Assembly (NCBI GenBank): GCA_048213135.1
Contig: PS015160.1
Span: 134,250-186,118 of the forward strand
Length of the DNA stretch: 51,869 bases
Direction of reading: 5' to 3'
From: Reclinomonas americana ATCC 50394
Lineage: Eukaryota
A program made the position numbers and the translations under genes. Under the pieces are notes generated by a model. It did no database searches and was not told where the DNA came from. It was given only the letters and a program-made list of their open reading frames with translations. Below are positions 1 through 13,038 of this stretch, piece after piece. Position 1 is the first letter of the stretch; every line of letters begins with the position of its first letter.

Positions 1-7
1 CTACCTC

Positions 8-51
<44 letters not shown>

Positions 52-72
52 CCTCTCACATCTCTCACTCAC

Positions 73-181
73 CAAACACCCACGCCGAGTGCTTATACTT
101 GTCGTGCCACGACTTGCCCGAGGTCAAGCCCAACTCAATCTCCCGCTCATTGATGCGGTTGATCTCCTTCACCACGTTCAT
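73..181 (-). CDS. RBMX2: RNA-binding motif protein X-linked 2 / Snu17-Ist3 (RES complex), exon 1; gene continues off the left edge
   Basis: Reverse strand reads MNVVKEINRINEREIELGLTSGKSWHDKYKHSAWVF then G|gtgagt. This matches the RBMX2/Ist3 N-terminus (NERE..LG..SWH..YK.SAW). Confidence 0.85.
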
Positions 182-711
182 CTCAAACAAAAAAACAAAA
201 GATATATAGAGGACACATGAGTCAATCTGGAGTTGTCCTTCAAGAACTTCAAGGCAACTGTGGGCAGTACTAAGCTATGCAACAAGTTGTTTATGTGCTT
301 TACAGCTTGAGCTGTGTGGTTATATCCATGCTTTGTCACGAGTCAGCATTATAATTCGGCATTCGACGTCGACAACAACAATTGCAACAACAGCTTCACT
401 GTAATCCAAACAGCAACACAGCTGCATGATGATCATCATCTTGAGTGAGCACCGGAAACTCAGACATCACGAAAAAAACAAGAAAAAGTCGAGATGGCTA
501 ATGCTGGCGTTTCTTTACGTTCGACTCTTGCTTTCTCTGTTTTCGTGGTGTCTCCGTGTTTTGGTACTCTAGATGGTGGTCATCATGCGGGTGGGTTGCT
601 GTGAAGATCTTGTTAGAAACTGTTCTGTTTACTATTCTCTTCCCTGTCAACGAAACCTCAATCAGCAACCTTGCGAACACATTGCACCATCTACTCTCCC
701 ACTCACCTGCA

Positions 712-3651
712 TCACAGCTTGGCTCGCAGATTCGTGGCCCGTCGCGAATCGGTGACCAGCACCACCTTGCCGACGACCTTGCGATCCAGCACGGCGCGGT
801 GCGCCTGCACGACTTGATCGAGAGGGAATGCTTGCGACACGGGAATCGGCTTCATGCCGGCGGCCACCAACTTGAACACTGCCATGCGCGGAGTCAGGGA
901 GTGCGTGGCAGAGGATACCAATGCAAGGACAAGGACGAAACGATCGCCAAACGAGTCGCGCACGACTTTGGGGTCTTTGGCAAAGTGCGCACCCCAGAAG
1001 ACGCCAGTGGCGCTGCGGAGGAGAGATCAGCGAGACAAAGAACGCAGCTTGGTGCAACAGCGGAAAGTATCCAACTGATAGACAGAGAGACAAAGAACGG
1101 GTGGATGCACAGCACACAGAACACAGACATTTTGGAAACCACAATGACCGCGACACGTCCTCCACCAACCAGCCGTCACGGACCCACGCACCTTGAATTC
1201 TTGACAAGCTGCACGAGACAGTCAGCAATCAGATGGGAGAGAGGTGGAAAGGAGAGGGAGGGACGAGGACGGGAAGGCGAGAGAACGTAAGAAATAGAGG
1301 AAGAGAGAAACCATCAGACATAAAGGAGACTGCCTGAGGATACGACGAGAGAGGCTGAAATGTAAACCAAGAGGGTGACGCACAGAGAGAGGGACGAAGG
1401 AAGTGACTGGAGATGCTTGGCGACAGAGACGGAGAACGAAATAAAAGGAAGGAGGATGAGTGAGAACAAGACACAATACAGCATGAGAGCCATGTGCGCA
1501 AGAGAAGAGGGTGGTCTTTCCCTCCCTAATCCCTACTTTCTTTCTCCCTCTCTCTCATGTGCACTGCACTCTTTCATCGGAGTATTGAGGAGCATTTCGA
1601 TCCCCTTGATGTCTCGGGTGACCTTCTCTCTCGCCCACCCGCACTGTGGCTCATGTCCCCTTCCAAGCCCTCTCTAATTCAGCCTCTCCAGTTTCTTTTT
1701 ACTTCCCTCTCTCCCTTTGTCTGTCCTCATCTTGTCAGCCTCTTCGCTGCTCTTCCATTTCTCTCATGAACGAATTGCACGACTTCTTCTTCATCAGGCG
1801 CATTCTCCTCGCCGAATCAGTTGGTGTTCCCCTCGTCCTCGGTCTCTCTCTCTCCCCTCTCCCCTCCCTTTCCTTTCTAACCCCTCCCTTCCCTTTCTAC
1901 CCCTTCCCCAACATCAGGCTCACCAAAATGTTCGCCGGGATCTGCGGAATATCCCCCGACGCGAAACCAACAATCACAATGCGCGCCGACCACTTGATGC
2001 ACCGCAAACACTGCTTGAANNNNNNNNNNNNNNNNNNNNNNNNNNNNNNNNNNNNNNNNNNNNNNNNNNNNNNNNNNNNNNNNNNNNNNNNNNNNNNNNN
2101 NNNNNNNNNNNNNNNNNNNNNNNNNNNNNNNNNNNNNNNNNNNNNNNNNNNNNNNNNNNNNNNNNNNNNNNNNNNNNNNNNNNNNNNNNNNNNNNNNNNN
2201 NNNNNNNNNNNNNNNNNNNNNNNNNNNNNNNNNNNNNNNNNNNNNNNNNNNNNNNNNNNNNNNNNNNNNNNNNNNNNNNNNNNNNNNNNNNNNNNNNNNN
2301 NNNNNNNNNNNNNNNNNNNNNNNNNNNNNNNNNNNNNNNNNNNNNNNNNNNNNNNNNNNNNNNNNNNNNNNNNNNNNNNNNNNNNNNNNNNNNNNNNNNN
2401 NNNNNNNNNNNNNNNNNNNNNNNNNNNNNNNNNNNNNNNNNNNNNNNNNNNNNNNNNNNNNNNNNNNNNNNNNNNNNNNNNNNNNNNNNNNNNNNNNNNN
2501 NNNNNNNNNNNNNNNNNNNNNNNNNNNNNNNNNNNNNNNNNNNNNNNNNNNNNNNNNNNNNNNNNNNNNNNNNNNNNNNNNNNNNNNNNNNNNNNNNNNN
2601 NNNNNNNNNNNNNNNNNNNNNNNNNNNNNNNNNNNNNNNNNNNNNNNNNNNNNNNNNNNNNNNNNNNNNNNNNNNNNNNNNNNNNNNNNNNNNNNNNNNN
2701 NNNNNNNNNNNNNNNNNNNNNNNNNNNNNNNNNNNNNNNNNNNNNNNNNNNNNNNNNNNNNNNNNNNNNNNNNNNNNNNNNNNNNNNNNNNNNNNNNNNN
2801 NNNNNNNNNNNNNNNNNNNNNNNNNNNNNNNNNNNNNNNNNNNNNNNNNNNNNNNNNNNNNNNNNNNNNNNNNNNNNNNNNNAACCTCGCCACCCACAGT
2901 CTGCCATGCGCCCGTGAGGAGCCATTGCGAAGACAGAGCGCCCTCCAATCCACACAGAACCGCACCTCATACACCACATTCACACCCTTGTTGCCGGCCA
3001 GCCGCTGCACCTCGGCCACCAGATCGTCCTTGGCGACATCGATCGCGTGGTCCGCACCCAGCTGTGGCACGAAATATAAAATCAGTCATCTTTGCTACAA
3101 TTAAACCACCCATTGCATCTATACCGTCTCCACGCAGTACTTGCACTTGTCTTCCCCGCGCGCCGTCGCAATCACTGTGCACCCGAGCGCCTTGGCCACC
3201 AGCACCGCCGCCGAGCCCGTGCCACCCGCCGCTCCCGTCACCAACACCACCTCTCCGGCCTTCAAGTGCGCCCGATCGCACAGACCCACGTGCGCAGTGC
3301 CCATCTACAAGCACTTTCGTGAGCGCAAGGGTGATTATGAGGTCGCCACGAAAGCGACAACACAACTCCCACAGGAAACGCGGCGGCCTCCTCAAACGAC
3401 CATCCACTCGGCATGGGCAAGCACGAGGACTCGGGCACGACCACCTGTTCCCCCCCTTTTAGTCAGCCACTGGTGATGGCAAAAGCAACCAAAGACGAAC
3501 CTCCTCAGCGTATCCGCCTTGTCCACGCGCCGCAGTGACCACAGCCATCACACGAGCGCCGACACGCAGCTTGCACTTGTTGCCGACGGCAGCGACGGTA
3601 CCGGCGACCTCGTTGCCGGGAGTGAAGGGCAGTGGAGGGCGTTCTTGGTAC
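712..3651 (-). CDS. NADPH:quinone oxidoreductase (zeta-crystallin/MDR family), multi-exon, 5' end missing, C-terminal PTS1 (AKL)
   Basis: Spliced exons give YQERPPLPFTPGNEVAG, VLVTGAAGGTGSAAV (nucleotide-binding motif), LGADHAID, VGFASGDIPQIPANIL|LVKNS|SATGVFWG and GKVVLV...AKL*. One internal exon region lies in the 2020-2882 gap. Confidence 0.9.
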
Positions 3652-3785
3652 TGTGAGTGGAGGGTGTGAGATGGGAAGATTGAGTGTGGGACGGAGGGAG
3701 TGAATGAGTGAGTGGGAGAAGAGTGAGATATTGCGATGAGTGTTTGGTGCAAGTGCAAAAGTGTGCGCAAGAGTGTGCACCAGTG

Positions 3786-4068
3786 GAAGAAGAAGAAGAA
3801 GACGAAGAACAAGAAGAAGAAGAAGAAGATGAAGAAGAAGAAGAAGATGAAGAAGAAGAAGATGAAGAAGAAGAAGAAGAAGAAGTGTAGTAGTATGTGC
3901 AAGTGTGCAAGGGTGTATGTAGGAGTGCAAGTGTGTGCAAGAGAGAACAAAAGTGTGTGCAAGAGTGTGCACCAGTGGAAGAAGACGAAGAAGAAGAAGA
4001 AGAAGAAGAAGAAGANNNNNNNNNNNNNNNNNNNNNNNNNNNNNNNNNNNNNNNNNNNNNNNNGACGC

Positions 4069-4156
<88 letters not shown>

Positions 4157-4157
4157 A
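3786..4157. repeat. (GAA)n, (CA)n and (GA)n microsatellites with a short duplicated unit, flanking an N gap
   Basis: Directly visible. The unit aagagtgtgcaccagtggaagaag occurs before both GAA tracts. Confidence 0.9.
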
Positions 4158-4214
4158 TGAGAGACATAGACAACGGAATTGATTGCATTGTGAGTTGCAT
4201 GATTGCTGTAACTC

Positions 4215-5165
4215 GTTCTCACACTCACTTGTCGCCCTCCTTGTCCCTTCAGCTCCTCTCACTCTCACTCACTCTCTCACTCACTCACTCACTCTACTTC
4301 CCTCATTCTCCTTGCCTCATTCTCCTTGCCTCATTCTCCCTGCCTCTTACACTCGCTCACTCTGCACTCACTCTTATCTCTCACTCACTGCCTTCCTTGT
4401 TCCTTCAGCTCCTCTCACTCTCTCACTCACTCACTCTCTCACTCACTCACTCATTCTCCTTTCCTCAGTCTCCTTGCCTCATCACACACTCTTGTCTCTC
4501 ACTCACTGCCTTCCTTGTCCCTTCAGCTCCTCTCACTCGCACTCACTTGCTCACTGACTCACTCTTGCCTCACTCATTCTCTCACTCTCTCTCTCTCACT
4601 CTTCTCCTTCCCTCATTCTCCTTGCCTCATTCTCCCTTGTCCCTTCAGCTCCTCTCACTCTCACTCACTCTCCCTCTCACTCCTGTCCCTCACTCACTCA
4701 CTCTCTCGCTCGCACTTGTCTCTCACTTGTTTCATTCTCCCTGCCTCTCGCACTCGCTCATCACTGCAGTCACTCTCTCATTCCCATTCACTCCTTCGCG
4801 CACTCTTTACTCTTGTCTCTCACTCACTGCCTTCCTTGTCCCTTCAGCTCTTCCCACGCTCACTTCCTCACTCTTTTCCCTCACTCTTGCCTCTCACTCA
4901 CAGTTCACTCACTCGTTGCCTTCCTTGTCCCTTCAGCTCTTCTCACTCTCGCTCTCACTCACTCACTCCACTCTCATGCACTCTCATTCGCTGCCTTCCT
5001 CGCCCTTCCTCACACTCTCACTCCGTCTCCCTCACTCCCTCACTCACTCACCTCCTTCCTCTTTTTCCCTGCTTCTCACACTCACTCACTCCTCGCTGCA
5101 ATCGATTACTCACTCACTCTCATGCACTGCGTTCCTTGTCCCTTCTCTCTCTCTCTCACACCCCC
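4215..5165 (+). repeat. Pyrimidine-rich degenerate minisatellite in an ABCA intron
   Basis: Recurrent ccttccttgtcccttcagctc unit (about 7 copies) interspersed with (tcac)n. Confidence 0.8.
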
Positions 5166-5198
5166 ACCTTCACACTTCTCCTCTCTCCCTCCTTCAGG

Positions 5199-6242
5199 AT
5201 TTTGGTTCCTCGCGGTGCACACCAGCGGCCTCCCACCAAGTACCGTCGTTGTTCCGGTGGCCGATCTCGATGAGGCCTCTGCGCAACGCGGGCAGTTCTT
5301 GTTTGCGCCCTCGGGTCATGACGACACGCAACGAGTTATCGTTGAGTATCCTCGGGGCTCCACCTCATGTCCGCGGCAGTGCTTCTTTTCCTTTTCCCCC
5401 TCTCACTCCCTTCCCCCCACTTCGCAGTCATACATGCGCCTCCTCGCCCCCAATTTACGCATCCGAGGCTTCCCCGATGCCTCCGCCATGGTGGCATTCG
5501 CGTCGAGCACCGCCGACACCATCTGGTGCGGTGTCGTGTTCGACCTGACCACCGAGCAGATCGACAGCGGTCAATTCTTCCCCGATAATGGTGGCACGGG
5601 TCCACCGGTGAGCAAGCTGTCGTACTCGTTGAGGTATCCGGGCAGCATCTTGGGCGCCAACGGCGAGGTACGGCGACTGTTTTTTCCCGCACGAGGAGAA
5701 ACACAACCGCCTCACAGCAATTCACTCGCAGATCATTCAAATGCCCAGCACATACGAGATGATTTACACACCGCCTCCGGGGACGTGGTCCAAAGCAGGC
5801 GTGTACCGCGAGTCTGGCCTGGTTTCCATCATCAGCACCATCGATCGTGCGGTGTCGTTGATTGCTCAAGGTGTGTGGTTCGACAGGAAGAATTGCTCTG
5901 CCATCCACCTTGCTGCTTCTTCTTTTGAGTGCTGCTACTTCTCCATGTTGTGCGTTGCACACTGACTGTGATTCGTGTCAAGCCCCTCCTCGCCTGTGAG
6001 TGTCACTTATCCTGTTCTTTGTTTGTGCTTTCTCTCTCCATCTCAACCAGAACACGTGATGTCGCCCATCTCTCGTCTTCTCTTTTTTCTCTGAGTTTGC
6101 CAATTGTCGACTTCATCTCTCTATATCTCTCCCTCTCAGTCTCTGTCTGTCTCATTCGCTGCAGTTGTCACTCACTTTTCGTTTCTTCTTCTCTCGCCCT
6201 CTCTTCCCTCTTCCGTTCGTGTCGTCTGTCTCTTGTATTTCC

Positions 6243-6282
<40 letters not shown>

Positions 6283-9015
6283 TCCATGTAGTGTCGTTTT
6301 ATTATTCCTTTCTCCCTCGTCCCCGTTGTCTCGTTGGAGTCGTTATCTTCATTTTCCCCTCTTTGTTTCTCTCTGCGTTTCTCTTTCCTCTCGCTTCTCT
6401 CGTCTCTCAGTTCTCTCTCTTTCCGCTCTTCCACAAGTGTCGCCCGTCTCTTGCTTTCCCTTCTCTCTCTGTTTCGTTCGTTGCAGTTGCTGCGTTCACT
6501 TTTCCCTTTCTTTCTCGCTCATCTCTCTCCGTTCGTCTTTTCCTCACCATTCCTTGCACATCGTCTCTTGCCCTCCCCTTCCCCTTTCCCCCACCCTTCC
6601 CCTCCCACCCTCCCTTCCCCTCCCGCCCTCCCTTTCCCTCTTTTCCCCTTCCCCTCTCTCATCCCTTTCCCCACTTGCAGGCCAACCACTCTCGCCCCAC
6701 GCCATCCCCTTCATCTACGAAACCACGCAACGCTTCCCGCTCGACCCGCACAGCTCCGGGCAGACTGCCGCCGAGAACCGCGCTCGTGAGGGCTTTGTGC
6801 GCTACGCCGTTGGCGTGTGGGTCATTGTGGGCTCACTCCTCGCCTACTACCGCCTGCTCACCGACGTGGTGGTGGAGAAGGAGACGCGCGTTCGTGAGAC
6901 AATGCGCATGATGGGACTGCATAGCTTCCTCTACTGGATCACGTGGTTCTTCACCACGCTGCTGATGAATACGGGGGCGGCCGTGCTCATTCCGGTCCTC
7001 TTGCAAGTGTCTGGAGTGTGGCCGGAGAGCGACGTGGCGCTTATCTTCCTCGTCATCCTCTTCTTCAACGCCGCCATGACCACGCTGTGCTTCCTGCTGA
7101 GTGTGTTTGTGGAGCGTCCGCGCTCGGGCGGCCCTGTCGGTCTCCTCGTCATTGTCGGTGTGAGCGTGCTGGGTGTCTTTGTCTCCGCCGACCCCAACAC
7201 GTTCCCCGAGCCCGTGGCCATTCTCCTTTCGCTGCTGCCGCCCGTGGCCCTCACCAATGCGTTTTCGACCATCAACGCCGGCGAGGTCAATTCCGCGCCC
7301 ATCAATTTTAGCAATGCTTCAAGTATGGGATCGGTGCGTTTAAGGGAGAGAGAGAGAGAGTATGTGTTCTCTTTTCCTTTCGTTTGTGCGTGTCTCTCTC
7401 TTTCGCCCATTCCTGTCCCCGCGAAACTCCTCACACTTTGCCGCTTACGCAGCCATCGGTGGCACTGATGATCGGCATGCTCATTCTCGACACCTTCATG
7501 TATGCCGTGTTTGCCTGGTACTTTGCCAATGTTATTCGTGGCGACATGGGCATCCCGCGTCCGTGGTACTTCCCGTTCCAAGAGTGCGCCAAGTTTTGTG
7601 CGGGCCGTGCCAACACCCGCAGTCGGAAGCGCTTCTCGGCAGGCAGTCTCATCAATAGCACTGAGGCCAGCGGCTCCGGCTCTGACATTTCATCGTCGTT
7701 GTATTCGGCGTCGACAATGCCGCCGTCCTTGCGTTGCGTTGGGCTGCCAGCTGTATCTCGCCCGGCATTTCTCGCTTCTCATTTCCTCGCACCCCCTCGC
7801 AGACCACGCTGACATTGAGGATCGCGAAGAGGTCGGCGGCGAGCCGGCGATTTCCATTCGTGGTCTGACCAAGGAGTTTCCGAATGGCACCGTCGCCGTC
7901 GACGATTTGTTCCTCGATGTGTATCCCGACGAAATCACTGTGCTGTTGGGTCATCCGGGCGCCGGCAAGGTTCACGCAGCGTGTTTCTCTCCATGCTGTT
8001 GTAACCACGATGCTCACGGTTGGTTGCAGACGACTGTCGTCAACATTCTCGCCGGCATGCTCACCATCACATCCGGAGACGCCGTTGTGGAGGGTGTTTC
8101 GCTGCAGAGACATCGCAAGTTGGTACGGCGCTACGTTGGCATCTGTCCGCAGGTTAGCGCGCTGTGGGAACAGCTCACCGTGCGCGAGCATCTGGTGGTA
8201 TTCGGTGGCGTCAAGGGCCTGTCGTACACGTCGGCCTTGAACGGTGAGCACATGCAGCACACTGGGGGGGGGGGGGGTGGTGGGGCGGGGTGTCGTCCCT
8301 GTTGCTCATTTCTGACTGCGCACAGAAACCGATCGACTGATTCACGAACTTGGTCTGTCACACAAACGCGACACGGTGGCCTCCAAGCTGACTCTCAGTC
8401 AGAAGCGCAAACTGAGTGTGGTACGCAAAGTGATACAGAGTGTCTGCACGCGTTTGTTGTGTCGCTTTTCTCTACTGTACATGTGCAGGGGGCGAGATTG
8501 TCGCTCTCTCCCCCTCTCTCCGTATTTGTAATTCTCTATTGTCCTCTGCCCTCCCCTCATTTCTCTCTGCGCTTCGATATCGACAGGGAGTGGCGCTGAT
8601 TGGCGACTCGCCGATTGTGATTCTGGATGAGCCCACCGCCGGACTTGGTGCGTCACGATGCCAATACTCTCACATCATGTTATTGCGCTTACTTGTTCAT
8701 GCATGTGCAGACCCGTTCACTCGTCGAGCCTTGTGGGATGTGCTAGAGAGAAACAAGCGCGGTCGTACGATTCTGCTCACCACTCAGCACATGGTAAGTC
8801 ACTCTCTTTTTCGGTGTCTCTCCTCTTTCTTTGTCTCTCTTCTTACTTGCTGTCTCTCCTCTTTCTCGCTGACTCTATTCTCACTTGCCGTCTCTCTTAT
8901 GTCTCAATTCTTACGTTCCATCTCTCCTGCTACTCGCCGTGTCTCCTCGTACTCGCCATCTCTCCTCTTACTTGCCGTTTCTTGTCTTGCTTGACGTCTC
9001 TCCTCGTACTCGCCG

Positions 9016-9072
<57 letters not shown>

Positions 9073-12000
9073 CTCACCGTCTCTCCTCTTTTTCGCCGAC
9101 TCTTGTCTTGCGTGCTCTCTCCTGTCTTACTCGCCTTTCTCACTGTCTCTCCTTTCACTCGCCGTCTCTCCCCGTTCTTGCTGTCTCAATTCTTACGTGC
9201 CATCTCTCCTGCTTCTCGCTGTCTACCCCCTCTCTCTCTCATTTTGTATGTTTCTCTTTCTCGCTGTGCTCCTCCTCTCACTTGCCATCTCTCCTTTTTC
9301 TCGGTGTCTCTCTCTCACTCTCTTTCTCTTTCTCTCTCTCACACACCTCACTTCAACCTGCCATCTTCCCTTCCCCTTTCTAATCTGTAGGACGAAGCCG
9401 ACATGATTGGAGACCACATCGCCATTCTGAGCCAGGGTCAGTTGCGGTGTGCAGGCTCTTCGCAGTTCCTCAAGGTTCGGGACATGCTAGCTTATCGATT
9501 GTGTTGGCGTGTTTCTTTTCCGCTCACTTTCCACTCGACAGACTCGATTTGGCATCGGCTACATGCTGAAGCTGGAATGTGCTCCCGACTGCAACCCGAA
9601 CACAGTCACCGAACTCATTCGGCGGCATGTACCTTCGACGGAACGTGTCTCCTATCCAGAAGAGCACGTGCTGGCGTACAGACTCGCGCGCTCACAGTTG
9701 CGGATCTGTTTTTCATCACATCTCCGGTGTCTGTGCTCTCACATGTCTCCTGATCTCTTCTTTCACAACAAGAGTGTGTTTGCATTTCTTTCCCTTCTGT
9801 TCGTTCTCCTGCTGCTTCACCTCTCACGTCAAGTTTCTTTCCCTCTCTTTGTGTCGGTCTTCTCCTTGTTGTTCATTCTTCTCCATACTGCTGGAATCAC
9901 GTGGAAGAGCTGGCCTTCCCTCGCTCTTCTTGGTTCCAGTCTCCTCCTCTGTGTACTCTCTGTTCTCTCCTCCCGTTTGCTTGTACAACCTGCCCTACTC
10001 TTCTCTTTGACTTTCCTTCTTCTGCTCCCTTCTCTCCCTTTGCTTGCACAACCAGCTCTTCCCTCCTCTTCTCTCTCATTTCCCTTCCCGCTCTCTCCTC
10101 ATGTGACTTCCTCTGCGATTCCCGTCACCTCGAGATTCAGTGTTGTCTATATCTCTTCGCTCATCTTCTCTTCCACCATCTCCCCGGCTGCTCTCCAGGG
10201 GGAATCCTTGCAGTTTTTTTGCTTGCGCATTGATTCCTCCGTGCCACCGCGCAGCGTCCGTTACTCCTTACTCGCTCCTCTCCCTTTGCCTGCCCAGCCT
10301 CTCGCTCATTTTTCTTCTCTTCCACCTTCTCTTTTCTTTGTTTCACTTCTCATTACCTTTCTTCTCCACACCAGCTGCGACGCCTTCAGTGCCATGTTCG
10401 AGGAGCTCGACCGCTCAATGCGCGACCTGCACGTCCTGGGCTACGGCATCTCGATGACCACCCTGGAGGAGGTGTTCCTGCGTCTCGTACAAGAGGGCGA
10501 TGAGTGGGAACAGTCCACAGTTTCGTTGTGTCCTTTCTTCCCAGTTACTTCACCTGACGCTCTTCCTCATGCTTATGCCCACAGGACCTCGGTCGCACTC
10601 TCGACGAGCGACGATTGATGCGCTCCCACAGCCTCACCGGCCACAGTGAGCACGGTGCCAGCGGAGACATTGAGTTGGGAGGCACCTACGGTTCCTTCTC
10701 CACTGGTGTGCGCCTTTGTTTCGTACGATCCACCTCTGCACTCTTTTCCTCACACGGTGGCGCAGAAATGAGCAACCAATCGTTCCTCCGAGTGGACTCG
10801 ACGCGACCACACTTCCTGCTCCAACTCGGCGGCCTAATGGTCAAACGCGGTCGCCTGGCGCTGCGCAACAAGCGATTCCTCTTCACCCAGCTGCTGCTGC
10901 CACTGCTCTTGTTCCTCCTCGGCGTCCTCTTGCTGGTTTGTTCCTTGTTGTTGGTCCGTTAACTGGAACAACCTATTCACGATTCTTCTTTCGGCCAATG
11001 TGCAGTACTTCCTCACCAGTCCACCGGCCCCCGCCCAGCCACCACTGCCACTCACCATCGCCTCGTACGGCCCGTATGCCAATCTCATTGTGCCGTACGC
11101 ACCGGCCACTGCAGCCGCGGAGAATATCCTCCAGTACTTGCCTGGCTTCTCGTTGCTGAAATCCACGCCGTCGTTTGCCTCGGACAGTGATCTCGAACAG
11201 TATCTGCTCCAGAGCGCCATTCTCAACGGCCTCTACCAGAACACCACATTTGGCGGGTACAGCTTCTCGTCGGCGGATCCGCAGGGCCAGATCGCCTTCA
11301 ACACGTGGTTCTCACCGGCGGCCGTCCACTCCATTCCCATCTGGGTGCACTCGATGAACGAGGCCATCTTGCGCTCCACGCCAGGACGGGCGCAGTACGC
11401 TGTCTTGGCCTCGCTGTGGCCGTTCCCGATTTTCGACTTTGCCAATCTGAACACGCACGTGTACGCCGGCATCTGCTTCATCTTGGCGTTCTCCATTGCG
11501 GCCAGCTCCACGGCGGTGCACGTTGTCAGCGAGCGTCGCTCCAAGGCCAAGCATTTGCAGCTGTTGGCGGGTGCCGGAAAAGTTGCGGAGGAGAGGGTGG
11601 TCATATGTTTCTTCTTCTTCGATTTTTCTATTGGAATAGTTGTGAATGGTGTTGTCTCCTGCACTCTTCCCTCGTGTTATTTTGTTCGATCTCTCCGCCG
11701 TTTCAGTTTCCCTTACTTTTTTTCCCTCTCATTCTCGCTGACTTTGCTTTCTTCTTTCCTTCTACTCTTTCATTTCGCCCTTCATTTGGCTTTCTTTTCC
11801 CTTCTTTGCTTTCTCTTTCCTCTTTGGTGTCCTTTCCCCCTAACCCTTTCCTTCCTTTTATGCAGTTCGTATACTGGCTCGCCAACCTCCTCTGGGACGT
11901 CCTGTGGCAACTGCTCTTCGTCTCCTGCGCTGTGGTCCTGCTTCTCGCGATGCGTCCAAACGAATACGCAAACGCCGGTGCCTACCTCGGAGCCGGCAAC

Positions 12001-12943
12001 TCACCCGCGGCCCTGGTTCTGCTCTTTCTTGGCCACGCATTCGCGTCCACTGCGCTCACCTACCTGCTGTCGCTCGGATTCCGCGGGCAGACGGCTGCGC
12101 AAGGATCGCTGGCTGCCATCTTCTTCTTCTTCGCCTTGTGTCTACTGTCCACCATTACCTCTGTGGGCGCCACACAAGGCCCGAGCAATCACTCACTGAC
12201 GTTCCTTCTCGAGTGGATCTTTGCCAGCCTCTCCAGCACGTACGCCATGACAGTGGTTCGTGAGCATTCCACGCGCGCACAGGCTGTTTTGTCGCTTGCT
12301 CCTCATCTGCAAACACTTCGCAGGGCATTCTCAAGTTCGAGGGCTTCCTGTATCTGCGCCCCGATCCTCCACACGTTACACCGTGGACATTTGATCAAGG
12401 CGTCCTCAACGAGATCGTTCTGCTGTGGGGTCAAGCGGTGCTCTATTTCGCCGTGCTGATGGTGGTCGAGATGCGACAGGAGCTCTTCCGGTGTATGATG
12501 CTGCGGTGTCGATGGTGCTGCTGTTGTTGCTGGCCTCGCGGAAGCCGCCTGTCGCGCAGCCGGCGTGTGCTGGTTGCCAATGGCACCATCTCCGCACAGC
12601 CGCTGCTGCCCGGAGCCTCGGCCGCTGCCGGTGCTACCGCGCCGCCTGAAGGTGCAAAGCCGCCAGTTGTTTGAATGTGCTGACGTGCGCTGCTGATTTC
12701 AGTGTCTGCTTGTTCTGCGCAGAAGGCGAGCCAGAGCTGGACGAAGACGTGCTGAATGAGGAGGCACGAGTGGCGCAAATTCTGCAAGTCAACCACGGCA
12801 CACCACCAGACGACAACGCAGTGCTGCTGCAGCAGGTCCGCAAGGAGTACAATGCCGGCACGCCACTGGCAAAGGTTTGTGTGCGCTTCCTTTGTCAACT
12901 CTCTTTGTCTGCACGTCTGCTGCGATTAGATCTCCCCAGTACC

Positions 12944-13038
<95 letters not shown>

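Noticed and set aside
556-1290. 244-aa plus-strand ORF
   Set aside because: Antisense to the quinone oxidoreductase exons, with no motifs of its own.
1646-5548. Long ORFs running through N gaps and microsatellites (also 22995-24817 and 46702-48108)
   Set aside because: Artefacts of Ns and stop-free low-complexity sequence.
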